Part shown: piece by piece, positions 9,094 to 18,392 of the stretch
Layout of the letters: every line of letters begins with the position of its first letter
Numbering within the stretch: position 1 is the stretch's first letter
DNA from: an uncultured Chloroflexia bacterium
GTDB taxonomy: Bacteria; Chloroflexota; Limnocylindria; Limnocylindrales; CSP1-4
Assembly (NCBI GenBank): GCA_963833225.1
Contig: CAWHXD010000017.1
Coordinates: forward strand, 32,001 to 96,000
Direction of reading: 5' to 3'
Length of the DNA: 64,000 nucleotides
The notes under the pieces: generated by a model
The model's input: the letters and a program-made list of their open reading frames with translations, nothing else
The model's database searches: none
What the model was told of the DNA's origin: nothing
Made by a program: the position numbers and the translations under genes

Positions 9094-9824
9094 GCGGCTC
9101 CCTCCCCGGCTGCCGCCCCGATCGCCGCGACGACCGCGTCCACCGCCTCCTCGAACCGTCCCTCGTTGGTCACGTGCACCGCGTCAGCGGCAGCCCGCAG
9201 GGGGGCGACGTCCCGCGTGGAGTCCCGGTGATCCCGGGCACGGAGCTGCTCCCGGACCAGCCCGGCCTCCTCGCCGGCCGGATCCAGGCCACGCTCGGCG
9301 ATCCGGCGAGCCGCCCGAGCCTCCACGGAGGCGTCGAGGTAGATCTTGAGGCCGGCGTCGGGCAGGACCACCGTGCCGATGTCCCGGCCCACCACCACGA
9401 TGCCGCCGTCGGCCGCCATGGCTCGCTGGCGGGCCAGGAGCGCGGTGCGGACCTCGGGCACGCTGGCGACGATCGACACGGCGCGGTCGACGGCGTCACT
9501 CCGGATCGCGTCGGTGGCATCCACGCCGTCGAGCAGGACACGCGACAGGCGGCCCGTGCCGTCATCCACGACCCGCACCCGTGCCGCCAGGGCCACGAGG
9601 GCAGCGGGATCGTCGAGCGAGGCGTGCTCGCGCAGCGCCACCGCCGTCACGGCGCGATACAGGATGCCGGTATCGAGGACCCGGAATCCCACCCGGGCCG
9701 CCGCGGCGGCCCCCACGGAGCTCTTGCCCGACGAGGCCGGGCCGTCGAGCGCCACGACGATCGGCTGGGCGGAGCCGGTGAGACCGTGACTGCCTGGCAT
9801 CGCCACGAGCATACCCGTGGTCAT
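9090..9824 (-). CDS. cmk: Cytidylate kinase
   Basis: LDGPASSGKS, LDTGILYRA, GRDIGTVVLPDA and RDHRDSTR motifs. Confidence 0.95.
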   Translation of the reverse strand: MTTGMLVAMPGSHGLTGSAQPIVVALDGPASSGKSSVGAAAAARVGFRVLDTGILYRAVTAVALREHASLDDPAALVALAARVRVVDDGTGRLSRVLLDGVDATDAIRSDAVDRAVSIVASVPEVRTALLARQRAMAADGGIVVVGRDIGTVVLPDAGLKIYLDASVEARAARRIAERGLDPAGEEAGLVREQLRARDHRDSTRDVAPLRAAADAVHVTNEGRFEEAVDAVVAAIGAAAGEGAA

Positions 9825-10610
9825 CGCCTGGGGGTCGACGTGAGGCGCCGGACCTCGGCCGGGGTCAGGGGCCGCACGTCACCCGACGCCATCGTGTCCA
9901 GGCGCAGCGTGCCGATCCGCACGCGGACGAGGCGACGCACCGGCTCCCCCACTCCCGCGAACATCCGCCGCAGCTGACGCTTCCAGCCCTGGTGGATGGT
10001 CACCCGGACCCAGGTCAGTCCCGGGTCGGGCTGTGGTTCCAGGATGTCGGCCAGTCGGCGATCCTCCGTGTGCGTCTGACCGCGCAGGCCGCCCACCGTC
10101 GCCACGCCCTCGGCGAGCTCGACGCCGGTCTCCAGCCACTCCGCCTGCTCGCGGGTCAGCGGATGGGCCAGGGCGACCGCGTACTCGCGCTCGACGCCGT
10201 ATCTGCGGATGGAGCACCCGCTCCGCCCAGTCGCCGTCGTTGGTCAGCAGGATCAGGCCCTCGGAGTCCTGGTCGAGCCGCCCGACCGGGTACAGCCGCG
10301 TGCCACGGACCAGCTCGGCCGGCACCAGGTCCACCACCGTCCGGGCCGCATGCGGGTCCCGGACCGTGGAGGCGACGCCCGCCGGCTTGTGGGCCGCGAC
10401 GTAGACGCGAGCCGGCGATGCCGGCGTCATCTCGCGTCCGTCGACGGCGATCCGCTGCGTCGCCGGGTCCACCCGCTCGCCGAGCGCGGCAGGGCGACCG
10501 TCGACCGTCACCCGGCCGGCCGCGATGAGCTCGTCCGCTCCGCGGCGCGACGCGATCCCCGCGGCCGCGAGCACCTTGGAGACGCGCTCCCCGGGCCCGA
10601 CCTCAGGCAC
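9821..10610 (-). CDS. rluB: Pseudouridine synthase RluB/RsuA family; apparent 1-nt insertion near 10206
   Basis: S4 domain (GIASRR) and PVGRLDQDSEGLILLTNDG; the C-terminal QGWKRQLRRMF...LVRVRIG is in another frame. Confidence 0.9.
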
Positions 10611-11241
10611 CCGACTCGTCCACCAGCCGGGCGGCGACCTCGACGTCGAGCGCCGGCAGGTCCTCGACGCTGGCGATCCCGAACCGCTCGAGGAACTCGA
10701 ACCCGGTCCCGTACAGGATGGGCCGGCCCGGGGCATCGGTCCGGCCCTGCTCGACGACGAGCCTCCGGTGGACCAGCGAGCGCACCGTGTAGTCGGAATC
10801 GACGCCCCGGATCCGCTCGATGGCCGCCTTGGTGACGGGCTGGCGATAGGCCACGATCGCGAGCGTCTCAAGCGCGGCGGGCGAAAGGCGGATCGCGTCC
10901 GCCCCGACGTAGCGCGCGATCAGGGCACCGGCGTCGGGAGCGGTGGTGAGCTCCACGCGATCCCCGCTGAGGACGAGGCGGATGCCCCGCTCCGCGAGGC
11001 TGACCTCGAGGTCGCCGAGGCGCTGGTCCACGATCTCGCCGTCCACGCCGGCGAGGCGGGCGATCTCCGCCCGTGCCAGCGGCTTCTCGGCCACGAACAG
11101 GAGCGCCTCGAGCTGAACCTCGCTGAGCTCGCCCAGGGGCTCGGCGGTATCAACCGGCTCGGTGGGCTCGGCGTCATCGGCCCGCTCGGTGAGCTCGGCG
11201 TCATCGGCCGGCTCAGCCGGCTCGCCCGTGGGCTCGGTCAT
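10603..11241 (-). CDS. scpB: SMC-Scp complex subunit ScpB
   Basis: EALLFV, LSPAALETLAIVAYRQPVT, IRGV and GRPILYGT...FL motifs. Confidence 0.95.
   Translation of the reverse strand: MTEPTGEPAEPADDAELTERADDAEPTEPVDTAEPLGELSEVQLEALLFVAEKPLARAEIARLAGVDGEIVDQRLGDLEVSLAERGIRLVLSGDRVELTTAPDAGALIARYVGADAIRLSPAALETLAIVAYRQPVTKAAIERIRGVDSDYTVRSLVHRRLVVEQGRTDAPGRPILYGTGFEFLERFGIASVEDLPALDVEVAARLVDESGA
11139..11219. repeat. About three imperfect 27-bp tandem repeats encoding the acidic N-terminal extension of ScpB
   Basis: Units gctcggcggtatcaaccggctcggtgg / gctcggcgtcatcggcccgctcggtga / gctcggcgtcatcggccggctcagccg. Confidence 0.6.
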
Positions 11242-12107
11242 GCGAAGGACTCCAGCGACTCGTCCAGCGGTGCCTCCTCGTCCGTGGCGTCCGCGATCCC
11301 CGCCGCGGCGCGCTCCTCGGTCGTTGTGCGCCTGGCCATGATCGGTCCCCACGGCGCATCCTGCTGGACCACGATCTCCCGGCGCTTCATCAGCTCCAGC
11401 AACGCGAGGAAGGTGACCGCGATGACGACGCGGTCCCGGACGCCGCGGAGGAGCTCCTGCAGAACCACGACGTCGGCGTCCGCGAGCGCCTGGCGGATCA
11501 GCCTGGCGCGCTCGGTCAGGGTCACCAGCCGGGGCATCGTCTCCGGGGGAAGCGGCGGCGGCGGCACCACGGTGACCAGGCGCTCCAGCGCCAGCACGAG
11601 GATCGCAGGGTCCAGCGGGTCGGCAGCCGGAGGCCGGGCGCCTGCCACCCCGGCGGCCCGCGCGGCGCCCGGCTCGCGGCGCCAGAGCCCGACCCTGGCC
11701 TGGCCGGTGGCCAGCAGCCGCGCGCCGGCGTCACGGAACGCCCGGTACAGGATGAGCCGGGCTCGCAGCTCGGCTTCCGGGTCCGGACCCTCGTCGGCGA
11801 GCGGCACCGCGCCCTCGGGCCGGTGCCGCGGCAGCATGGCCCGCGACTTGATCAGGATCAGCTGGCTCGCGATGGCGATGAACGACGACACGTTGGCCAT
11901 GCGGTCGTCATCGAGGCCCGCGAGCGCGTCGATGTAGGCGTCGGCGAGAGCGCCGAGGGGCACCGTGAGGACGTCGAGCTGGCGGGCCTCGATCAGCGAC
12001 AGCAGCAGGGCGAGCGGCCCGTCGAACGCGGGCAGCGTGACCAGGGTCGCCGACTCCGGCCTCCGGCCATCCCCGAACGCGACGGCGGGCGGCATGGGCG
12101 CCGTCAT
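11238..12107 (-). CDS. scpA: Segregation and condensation protein ScpA (kleisin)
   Basis: FDGPLALLLSLI, LILIKSRAMLP and VTFLALLELMK motifs. Confidence 0.95.
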   Translation of the reverse strand: MTAPMPPAVAFGDGRRPESATLVTLPAFDGPLALLLSLIEARQLDVLTVPLGALADAYIDALAGLDDDRMANVSSFIAIASQLILIKSRAMLPRHRPEGAVPLADEGPDPEAELRARLILYRAFRDAGARLLATGQARVGLWRREPGAARAAGVAGARPPAADPLDPAILVLALERLVTVVPPPPLPPETMPRLVTLTERARLIRQALADADVVVLQELLRGVRDRVVIAVTFLALLELMKRREIVVQQDAPWGPIMARRTTTEERAAAGIADATDEEAPLDESLESFA

Positions 12108-12604
12108 CAGGACGCCTCGTCCGCGGCGTGGAACACGGCCCCGTACTCGGGATCCCCGGGCGCCTCCTGGTTCCGGACCAGCTCCACGGCACGATGCGAC
12201 AGGCCGGCCACCTCCAGCTGCAACGCCGAGACCTCGGCATGATCACGGAGCCGGTCGAGCGCGGCACGCCATCCCGGCACCAGCCGCGCAGGCACCAGCA
12301 CCCAGGAGCCGGCACGCTGCGAGAGAGACCACGCGATCCGGGGCCCAGCCCCGGTCTGGCCCTTGGCGCAGTCGTGCAACAGCCCGGCAACGAGCACATC
12401 CCGGTCCCGGACGCCCGCCCGGCGCAGGTGATCGACGACGTCCAGGCCGTGCCGCCGGTCGGCAACGTGCTGGGCGTCGAACAGGGCAAGCTCGGCGGGC
12501 GTCGTCCAGGCGGCCAGCATCCGGCGTTCCTCGGCGCTCACGCGGGCACCCAGGTGCATCCGGAGCTGGCGGGCCTTACGCGCCCACCAGGAACGCGGCA
12601 ACAC
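12107..12604 (-). CDS. Small HD-domain phosphohydrolase-like protein
   Basis: DRRH...AGLLHDCAK...HAE motifs. Confidence 0.75.
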   Translation of the reverse strand: MLPRSWWARKARQLRMHLGARVSAEERRMLAAWTTPAELALFDAQHVADRRHGLDVVDHLRRAGVRDRDVLVAGLLHDCAKGQTGAGPRIAWSLSQRAGSWVLVPARLVPGWRAALDRLRDHAEVSALQLEVAGLSHRAVELVRNQEAPGDPEYGAVFHAADEAS

Positions 12605-13211
12605 CGAAGATCAAGCTCGAGAGCGGCCGGCTGGCCAGGAGCACGAACCCGAGCAGGATGAACAGGCCGTATTGGGCGAGGAACGGCCGGATCTGCCACA
12701 CCTGTCGTGGCGAGAGGAAGCGGAACAGCAGCGTCGACCCGTCCAGAGGCGGGATCGGGAGCAGGTTGAAGATCGCCAGCGCCACGTTGAACACCACGAA
12801 CAGGAAGACCGCGTAGTCGACCAGCCCGCCGCTGCCCTGGATGAACAGGCGCACGTCCAGGCCGACAACCCGGTACACGAAGGCCCCGACCAGGGCCATC
12901 AGCAGGTTCGACGCCGGTCCCGCCAGGGCCACCAGCACCTCGTCGTTGCGCCGGTTGCGCAGGTTGGCGGTGTTGACCGGGGTGGGCTTCGCCCAGCCGA
13001 ACAGGAACCCGCCCAGGAACACCGACACCACCGTCATCACGCCCCCGAAGCGGTCGAAATGGACGATCGGGTTGAGCGTGAGCCGTCCGAACAGCTTCGC
13101 CGTGGCGTCGCCGCGCAGGTAGGCGACCCAGGCATGGGCGAACTCGTGGACCGGGAACGCGACGCCAAGGAAGATCGCAACCATGACGAGCTTGATGATG
13201 AGATCTTCCAC
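12576..13211 (-). CDS. Site-2 protease family (M50) intramembrane metalloprotease
   Basis: HEFAH, GRLTLNP, LAGPASN and FNLLPIPPLDG motifs. Confidence 0.92.
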   Translation of the reverse strand: MEDLIIKLVMVAIFLGVAFPVHEFAHAWVAYLRGDATAKLFGRLTLNPIVHFDRFGGVMTVVSVFLGGFLFGWAKPTPVNTANLRNRRNDEVLVALAGPASNLLMALVGAFVYRVVGLDVRLFIQGSGGLVDYAVFLFVVFNVALAIFNLLPIPPLDGSTLLFRFLSPRQVWQIRPFLAQYGLFILLGFVLLASRPLSSLIFGVAAFLVGA

Positions 13212-13265
13212 GCGGGCCTCGTGCGGGGAGGGATGGGGTCCCGCGTATGGTACCGGTCGGTGGGC

Positions 13266-13979
13266 CTACAGCCGGCCGAGCAGCTCCGCCTTCTTGGCCG
13301 CGAACTCCTCGGGGGTCAGGATGCCCCGGTCCCGGAGGTCGCCCAGGCGTTCGAGCGCGTCGGCCACCTCGTCGGGGGTATCCACCTGCGGGGTCGACCC
13401 GGGTGCCGCGGCCGGTGCCGCGGCCGTGGGGCCGGCCGGCGAAGACCGGACGGGCGCCATGGTCGGCCGGTTGAGCTCGAGCTCCAGCTCGTGCTTGGCC
13501 TCGAGCATGGCCTTCTTGAAGTCCTTGGCGTCGCGCAGCATGCGCAGCTTCTCGATCCCGGCCTCCGACGCCGTCAGGACGTCGAGATCCCCGAACCCGA
13601 ACATCCGCCCGAAGATCGACTCGATCAGGATCGCGTCGTTGATCTTCTCGAGCGACGAATCCGTGGCCCGCTTGTTGATCACGCCGTCGACGTGGATGAT
13701 CCGGCGGCTGCTGATCACGTACTCCTCGGCCCGGTACTGGAGCGCGCCCCAGGCCAGCATCGCCAGGCCGATCACCAGCAGGATGAGCGTCGCCCAGCCA
13801 AGGAGCGTCCACAGCAGGCCCTCCGTGTCCGACGAGATGACCCGGAGGATCGTGAGCGCGATCGCGATGACCACGCCGATGGCCGCCCAGCGGGCCCGCC
13901 AGAGGAGGATGAACCAGTGCTGGTGGGCGATCCGGACGATGCGCTCGCCCGACGCGAGCAGCGATTCGGTGTAGCTCAT
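13266..13979 (-). CDS. Membrane protein with a bacterial PH (bPH_2) domain and C-terminal SHOCT
   Basis: Two TM segments, then YVISSRRIIHVDGVI...GRMFGFGDL, and LERLGDLRDRGILTPEEFAAKKAELL at the end. Confidence 0.8.
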   Translation of the reverse strand: MSYTESLLASGERIVRIAHQHWFILLWRARWAAIGVVIAIALTILRVISSDTEGLLWTLLGWATLILLVIGLAMLAWGALQYRAEEYVISSRRIIHVDGVINKRATDSSLEKINDAILIESIFGRMFGFGDLDVLTASEAGIEKLRMLRDAKDFKKAMLEAKHELELELNRPTMAPVRSSPAGPTAAAPAAAPGSTPQVDTPDEVADALERLGDLRDRGILTPEEFAAKKAELLGRL

Positions 13980-13995
13980 CGTGTCCCTCTGATCC

Positions 13996-14949
13996 TCATG
14001 CCCGCGGGTGCGAGCGGGCGTAGACCTCTCTGATCCTGGCCCCAGTCACGTGGGTGTACAGCTGGGTGGTCGCAATACTCGCATGTCCCAGCAGCTCCTG
14101 GACCACCCGCAGGTCAGCGCCACCCTCCAGGAGGTGGGTGGCAAAGGAGTGGCGGAGCGTGTGGGGCGACACGCGGTCCCCGAGCCCGGCCCTGCCGGCG
14201 GCGGCCCGGACCACCGTCCATGCTGTCTGCCGGCCCAGCCGGAGTCCGCGTGGGGTCACGAACAGTGGCGTCGCGGCGGCGTCCGTGCTCCCGGCTGCCG
14301 CCAGCCAGGCCGCGCGGGGCCAGGCGAGGTAACGCCCGATCCACTCGAGCGCCACGTCACCGACGGGGACCATGCGCTCCCGGTCGCCCTTCCCGATGAC
14401 CCGGACCCAGCCGTCGCCAGACAGGTGATCACGGTCCAGGCCAAGCGCCTCGGAGACGCGCAGGCCACCGGCGTAGAGCAGCTCCACGAGCGCCCGGTTG
14501 CGGACGGCGAGCCCGTCCGCGACGGTGGGCCCGGGTCCCCCGTCGGGCGGCGCCCCGCCGACGGCCTCCAGCAATCGGTCCACCTCCTCGATGCTGAGCG
14601 TCACCGGCAGCAGGCGGGGCTGCCGGGGCAGGTCGAGGTGCGAGGCGACGTCGATCTCGATCAGCCCGTCGCCGAAGGCAAACCGGTAGAAGCCGCGGAT
14701 CGACGCCGTCCGGCGCCGGAGGCTGGTGGGAGCGAGGCCCGGGTCGTGGGAGCGTCCACGCCGCGCCCGTGCCGCGAGGTACCGGTGGGCGACCTCCGGG
14801 CCGGCGGCCCAATCCCGGCTGGCACCGCGGCTCATCGCGAAGTCCGTGAGGTCGCCCCGGTAGGCCCGGATCGTGGCGTCCGCGACGCCGCGCTCGACCC
14901 GCAGGTAGGCCAGGTAGTCCTCGATCGCCCGGTCGAGGTCCGGCGTCAT
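13996..14949 (-). CDS. xerD: Site-specific tyrosine recombinase XerD
   Basis: [35 protein letters not shown]...TTQLYTH and HPRA; lies next to recN in a conserved context. Confidence 0.85.
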   Translation of the reverse strand: MTPDLDRAIEDYLAYLRVERGVADATIRAYRGDLTDFAMSRGASRDWAAGPEVAHRYLAARARRGRSHDPGLAPTSLRRRTASIRGFYRFAFGDGLIEIDVASHLDLPRQPRLLPVTLSIEEVDRLLEAVGGAPPDGGPGPTVADGLAVRNRALVELLYAGGLRVSEALGLDRDHLSGDGWVRVIGKGDRERMVPVGDVALEWIGRYLAWPRAAWLAAAGSTDAAATPLFVTPRGLRLGRQTAWTVVRAAAGRAGLGDRVSPHTLRHSFATHLLEGGADLRVVQELLGHASIATTQLYTHVTGARIREVYARSHPRA

Positions 14950-16673
14950 CCGGTCGCCCCGACCGCCCGTCCGGCGCGCCAGGCCTCCGCGCGATCAAGG
15001 AGCTCCCGCGCGGACTCCAGCGACGCGGCGCCGCCGGTCGGGCCTCCGATCATCTGCGCGATCTCCGCGTCCCGCTCAGCCCGGTCCAGCCTCGTGATCT
15101 CCGTGACGGTGCGCCCGTCCCGCTCGCGCTTGGCGATCCGGTAGTGGGCGTCCGCGTAGGCCGCGATCTGGGGCAGGTGGGTCACGCACAGGACCTGGTG
15201 GGCGCGGGCAAGCGTCCACAGGGACCGCCCGACCGGGTCCGCGCTCCGGCCGCCGATCCCGCTGTCGATCTCGTCGAACACGAGCACCGGCGTCTCGTCG
15301 ACCTCCGCCAGGACCTGCTTGACCGCGAGGGCCACGCGCGACAGCTCGCCCCCGGACGCGATCCGCGCCAGCGGCCGCGCGGGCTCGCCGGCGTTGGGGC
15401 GGAAGGCAAACACCACGGTGTCGATCCCCGACGCATCGAACGCCACCGCGTCGCCGTCGACCTCGACCGCGGGATCGTCCCGGGCGGCGGGGCGGCGACC
15501 CATCGTCACGATGAAGGCGTCGGGCGGGAACCCGAGCTCGGCAAGGACCCGTGACACGTCCCGACCCAGGTCGCCGGCGGTCGCCTGGCGGACGATGGAC
15601 AGCGACGCTGCCGCGTCCGCGACGGCAAGCAGCAGGCGGGCATCCTCGGCCGCCCGCCGGGCCCGCTCGTCCTCCAGGCCGCGGAGCCTGGCCGCTTCGT
15701 TCGCGGACCGCTCGCCGTAGGCGATCACCGCGGCCTCGTCATCCCCGAACCGGCGCAGCAGCCGGTGGATCTCGCCGAGGCGCGTCTCGAGGCTCGAGAG
15801 CGAGTCCGGGTCGTGGTCCACGGTCTCGGCCAGGGCCCGGACCTCGGCCGCCACATCCTCCAGCTCGGCCTCGAGCCCGGCCAGGCGATCGGCGAGGGGT
15901 GCCCAGCGATCATCGAGGCGGGCCAGGGCTCGCAGCTCGTGCTCGGCAAGGGCCACCCGCTCGCGGGCGCCGCCTCCCTCCTCGAGGATCGTCTCGCGGG
16001 CCGTGACCGCCCCCCGGGCGATCGTCTCCCCGTGCTGTGCCGCGGCCAGCTGGCGCGTGATCTCGTCTGCCTCGCCCGGGCGCAGCCGCCCGGCCTCGAT
16101 CTCGTCTGCCTCGTGCTCGGAGATCTCAAGCCGGCGAAGCAGCTCCCGGGGGTCCATCGCCAGCTCCGCGAGCGCGGCCCGGTTCGCCCGCCAGCGCTCC
16201 ACGGCGACCGCGACCGCAGCCCGCGACTCGCCGTGCCCGCCGAACGCGTCCAGCAGGTCCCGCTGCCAGTCCTCGTCGAGGAGCCGCTGCTGGTCGTGCT
16301 GGCCATGGATCTCCACCAGCCCGGCCGTCGCCTGCGCGAGCCGTCCAGCGGTCACCGTCTCATCGTCGAGGCGGGCCGTCGACCGTCCCGTTGCGGCGAT
16401 CTCGCGCACGGCGATCATGGGCTCGGGGAGCCGGTCGAACAGGGCCTCCACGCGCGCGCTCTCCGCCCCGTGGCGGACCAGCGTGGTATCGGCCCGGGCG
16501 CCTGTCGCGAGGCCCAGCGCGTCGATCAGCAGGCTCTTGCCCGCCCCGGTCTCGCCGGTGAGGACGTTGAGGCCGCCCTCGAGCGCCAGCCGCAGCCGGT
16601 CGATCAGCGCGAGGTCGCTGACCGCCAGCTCGAGCAGGCGGCCCGCACGGTGGTTGGCAGGATCGCTCGCCAT
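14946..16673 (-). CDS. recN: DNA repair protein RecN
   Basis: [36 protein letters not shown] and VTHLPQIA motifs. Confidence 0.97.
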   Translation of the reverse strand: MASDPANHRAGRLLELAVSDLALIDRLRLALEGGLNVLTGETGAGKSLLIDALGLATGARADTTLVRHGAESARVEALFDRLPEPMIAVREIAATGRSTARLDDETVTAGRLAQATAGLVEIHGQHDQQRLLDEDWQRDLLDAFGGHGESRAAVAVAVERWRANRAALAELAMDPRELLRRLEISEHEADEIEAGRLRPGEADEITRQLAAAQHGETIARGAVTARETILEEGGGARERVALAEHELRALARLDDRWAPLADRLAGLEAELEDVAAEVRALAETVDHDPDSLSSLETRLGEIHRLLRRFGDDEAAVIAYGERSANEAARLRGLEDERARRAAEDARLLLAVADAAASLSIVRQATAGDLGRDVSRVLAELGFPPDAFIVTMGRRPAARDDPAVEVDGDAVAFDASGIDTVVFAFRPNAGEPARPLARIASGGELSRVALAVKQVLAEVDETPVLVFDEIDSGIGGRSADPVGRSLWTLARAHQVLCVTHLPQIAAYADAHYRIAKRERDGRTVTEITRLDRAERDAEIAQMIGGPTGGAASLESARELLDRAEAWRAGRAVGATG

Positions 16674-16675
16674 CG

Positions 16676-17518
16676 TCAGGACGGCAGCAGCTGGACCTTG
16701 GTCCGCAGCAGGTCCCAGAAGGGCATCGCGCCCGCCGGCTCCACGAACCGGATCGGTCGCCCGAGCGCCCTGACCTCGACCACGTCGCCCACCTCGACCC
16801 GGTGGTCCTCCCGTCCGTCGATGGAGACCAGGGCCTCGTGGGCATCGAGGATCCGCACCCGGACGACCTGTTCCGGCGACACCACGATGGAGCGGATGGC
16901 GGAGAGATAGCCCGCGATCGGGGTCACGACGAGGTTGCGCCCGTGCGGGTCGAGGATCGGGCCGCCCGCCGAGAACGAGTAGCCCGTGGAGCCGGTCGGG
17001 CTCGCGACGATCAGCCCGTCCGCGATGAACGTCGCGAGGTGCGACTCGTCGATCGTCACCGCGAGCCGGACGACCCGCGCCAGCGACCCCCGGGCCACGA
17101 CGATGTCGTTGAGCGCCGTGAACCGCGTGTCACCCGGCCGGCCGGCGGGCAGGATCGAGCCCGTGAGGCCCATTCGCTCGCCGATGACATAGGCACCCGA
17201 CTGGAGGTGCTCGAGGACCGGCTCCAGCTGGTCCGCCTCCGCCTTGGACAGGAACCCGACCTTGCCGAGGTTGATGCCCAGCAGGGGCACGTCCACCTCG
17301 GCGACCGCCTGCGCGGCACGCAGGAACGTCCCGTCGCCACCGAGCACGACGAGGACGTCCGTGCCCGGGAGCTTGTCGACCAGCATGGCCGTCTCCCCGG
17401 CGGGGACCGCCCAGTTGTCGATGCCCCGGATGCGGCACCAGCCGACGGCCCGTTCGCTGAGCTCGACGGCGTCCTCGATCGTCGGGTTGTACGCGAAGCC
17501 CATGCGGCGAACCGTCAC
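16676..17518 (-). CDS. nadK: NAD kinase
   Basis: LGGDGTFL, ALND, DGLIVASPTGSTGYSFSAGGP motifs. Confidence 0.95.
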   Translation of the reverse strand: MTVRRMGFAYNPTIEDAVELSERAVGWCRIRGIDNWAVPAGETAMLVDKLPGTDVLVVLGGDGTFLRAAQAVAEVDVPLLGINLGKVGFLSKAEADQLEPVLEHLQSGAYVIGERMGLTGSILPAGRPGDTRFTALNDIVVARGSLARVVRLAVTIDESHLATFIADGLIVASPTGSTGYSFSAGGPILDPHGRNLVVTPIAGYLSAIRSIVVSPEQVVRVRILDAHEALVSIDGREDHRVEVGDVVEVRALGRPIRFVEPAGAMPFWDLLRTKVQLLPS

Positions 17519-18339
17519 GTGACATCCTCCCAGGCGACCGCCACCGCGGCGTTGATCCGGTCATCCAGCTCCGCGCTCGAGGGACCGGCCCGGAGCCAGG
17601 CGAGGAACTCGCGGTTCCCCTCGGGCCCCCGGATCGGCGACGCGATCACGTCCCGGGTCCCGAGGCCGAGCTCCCGCGCCGCCGCGGCCGTCTCCCGGAG
17701 CACCCGGGCGTGCACCGCGCGGTCACGCACGACGCCACCCTTCGCATCCGCCCGGCCGGCCTCGAACTGCGGCTTGACCAGCGCGACGATCGACCCCTGT
17801 CCGTCACGCAGCACGGACCGCACGGGCCCAAGCACCAGGGCCAGCGAGATGAAGGCGACGTCGATCACGGCGAGATCCACCGGTTCGGGCAGGCTCGTGC
17901 CGGTGAGGGTCCGGGCGTTGACCCGCTCCATGGACACCACGCGCGGGTCCTGGCGCAGCTTCTCGGCCAGCTGGCCATAGCCGACGTCCACCGCGTATAC
18001 CCGGGACGCGCCCCGGGCGAGCAGCACATCGGTGAACCCGCCGGTCGAGGCGCCAACGTCGACGGCCACGCAGCCGGCCGGGTCGATCCCGAAGGCGTCG
18101 AGGGCGGCGATCAGCTTGTGCGCTCCCCGGCTCGCCCACTCCCGCCCGCCGGCCACGGCGACGCTCGTCGCCCGGTCAACGAGATCGCCCGCCTTGAGGT
18201 CCCGCCTCGCCGCATCGCCCTCGCCAACGTGAACGCGGCCGGCGAGCACCAGGGCCTGCGCCCGGGAGCGGGTGGGCGCGAGCCCGCGCTCCACGAGGAG
18301 CTGATCGAGTCGGACGCGTTTCGCGGTGGCTGCCGGCAT
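17515..18339 (-). CDS. tlyA: TlyA family rRNA 2'-O-methyltransferase
   Basis: RLDQLL S4 domain, SRGAHKL, DVGASTGGFTD, DVAFISL, LVKPQFE and GNREFL motifs. Confidence 0.95.
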   Translation of the reverse strand: MPAATAKRVRLDQLLVERGLAPTRSRAQALVLAGRVHVGEGDAARRDLKAGDLVDRATSVAVAGGREWASRGAHKLIAALDAFGIDPAGCVAVDVGASTGGFTDVLLARGASRVYAVDVGYGQLAEKLRQDPRVVSMERVNARTLTGTSLPEPVDLAVIDVAFISLALVLGPVRSVLRDGQGSIVALVKPQFEAGRADAKGGVVRDRAVHARVLRETAAAARELGLGTRDVIASPIRGPEGNREFLAWLRAGPSSAELDDRINAAVAVAWEDVT

Positions 18340-18392
18340 GGCGCCTATCGTGGCACACGCCGCCCAATCCGGACGTATGCCGGAGCGACGAA

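Noticed and set aside
13996-14949. Tyrosine recombinases (also 57399-58365) as mobile-element integrases
   Set aside because: Size, motifs and the conserved contexts (recN-xerD-scpAB and topA-xerC) fit chromosomal XerD and XerC, and no att-flanked cargo is adjacent.
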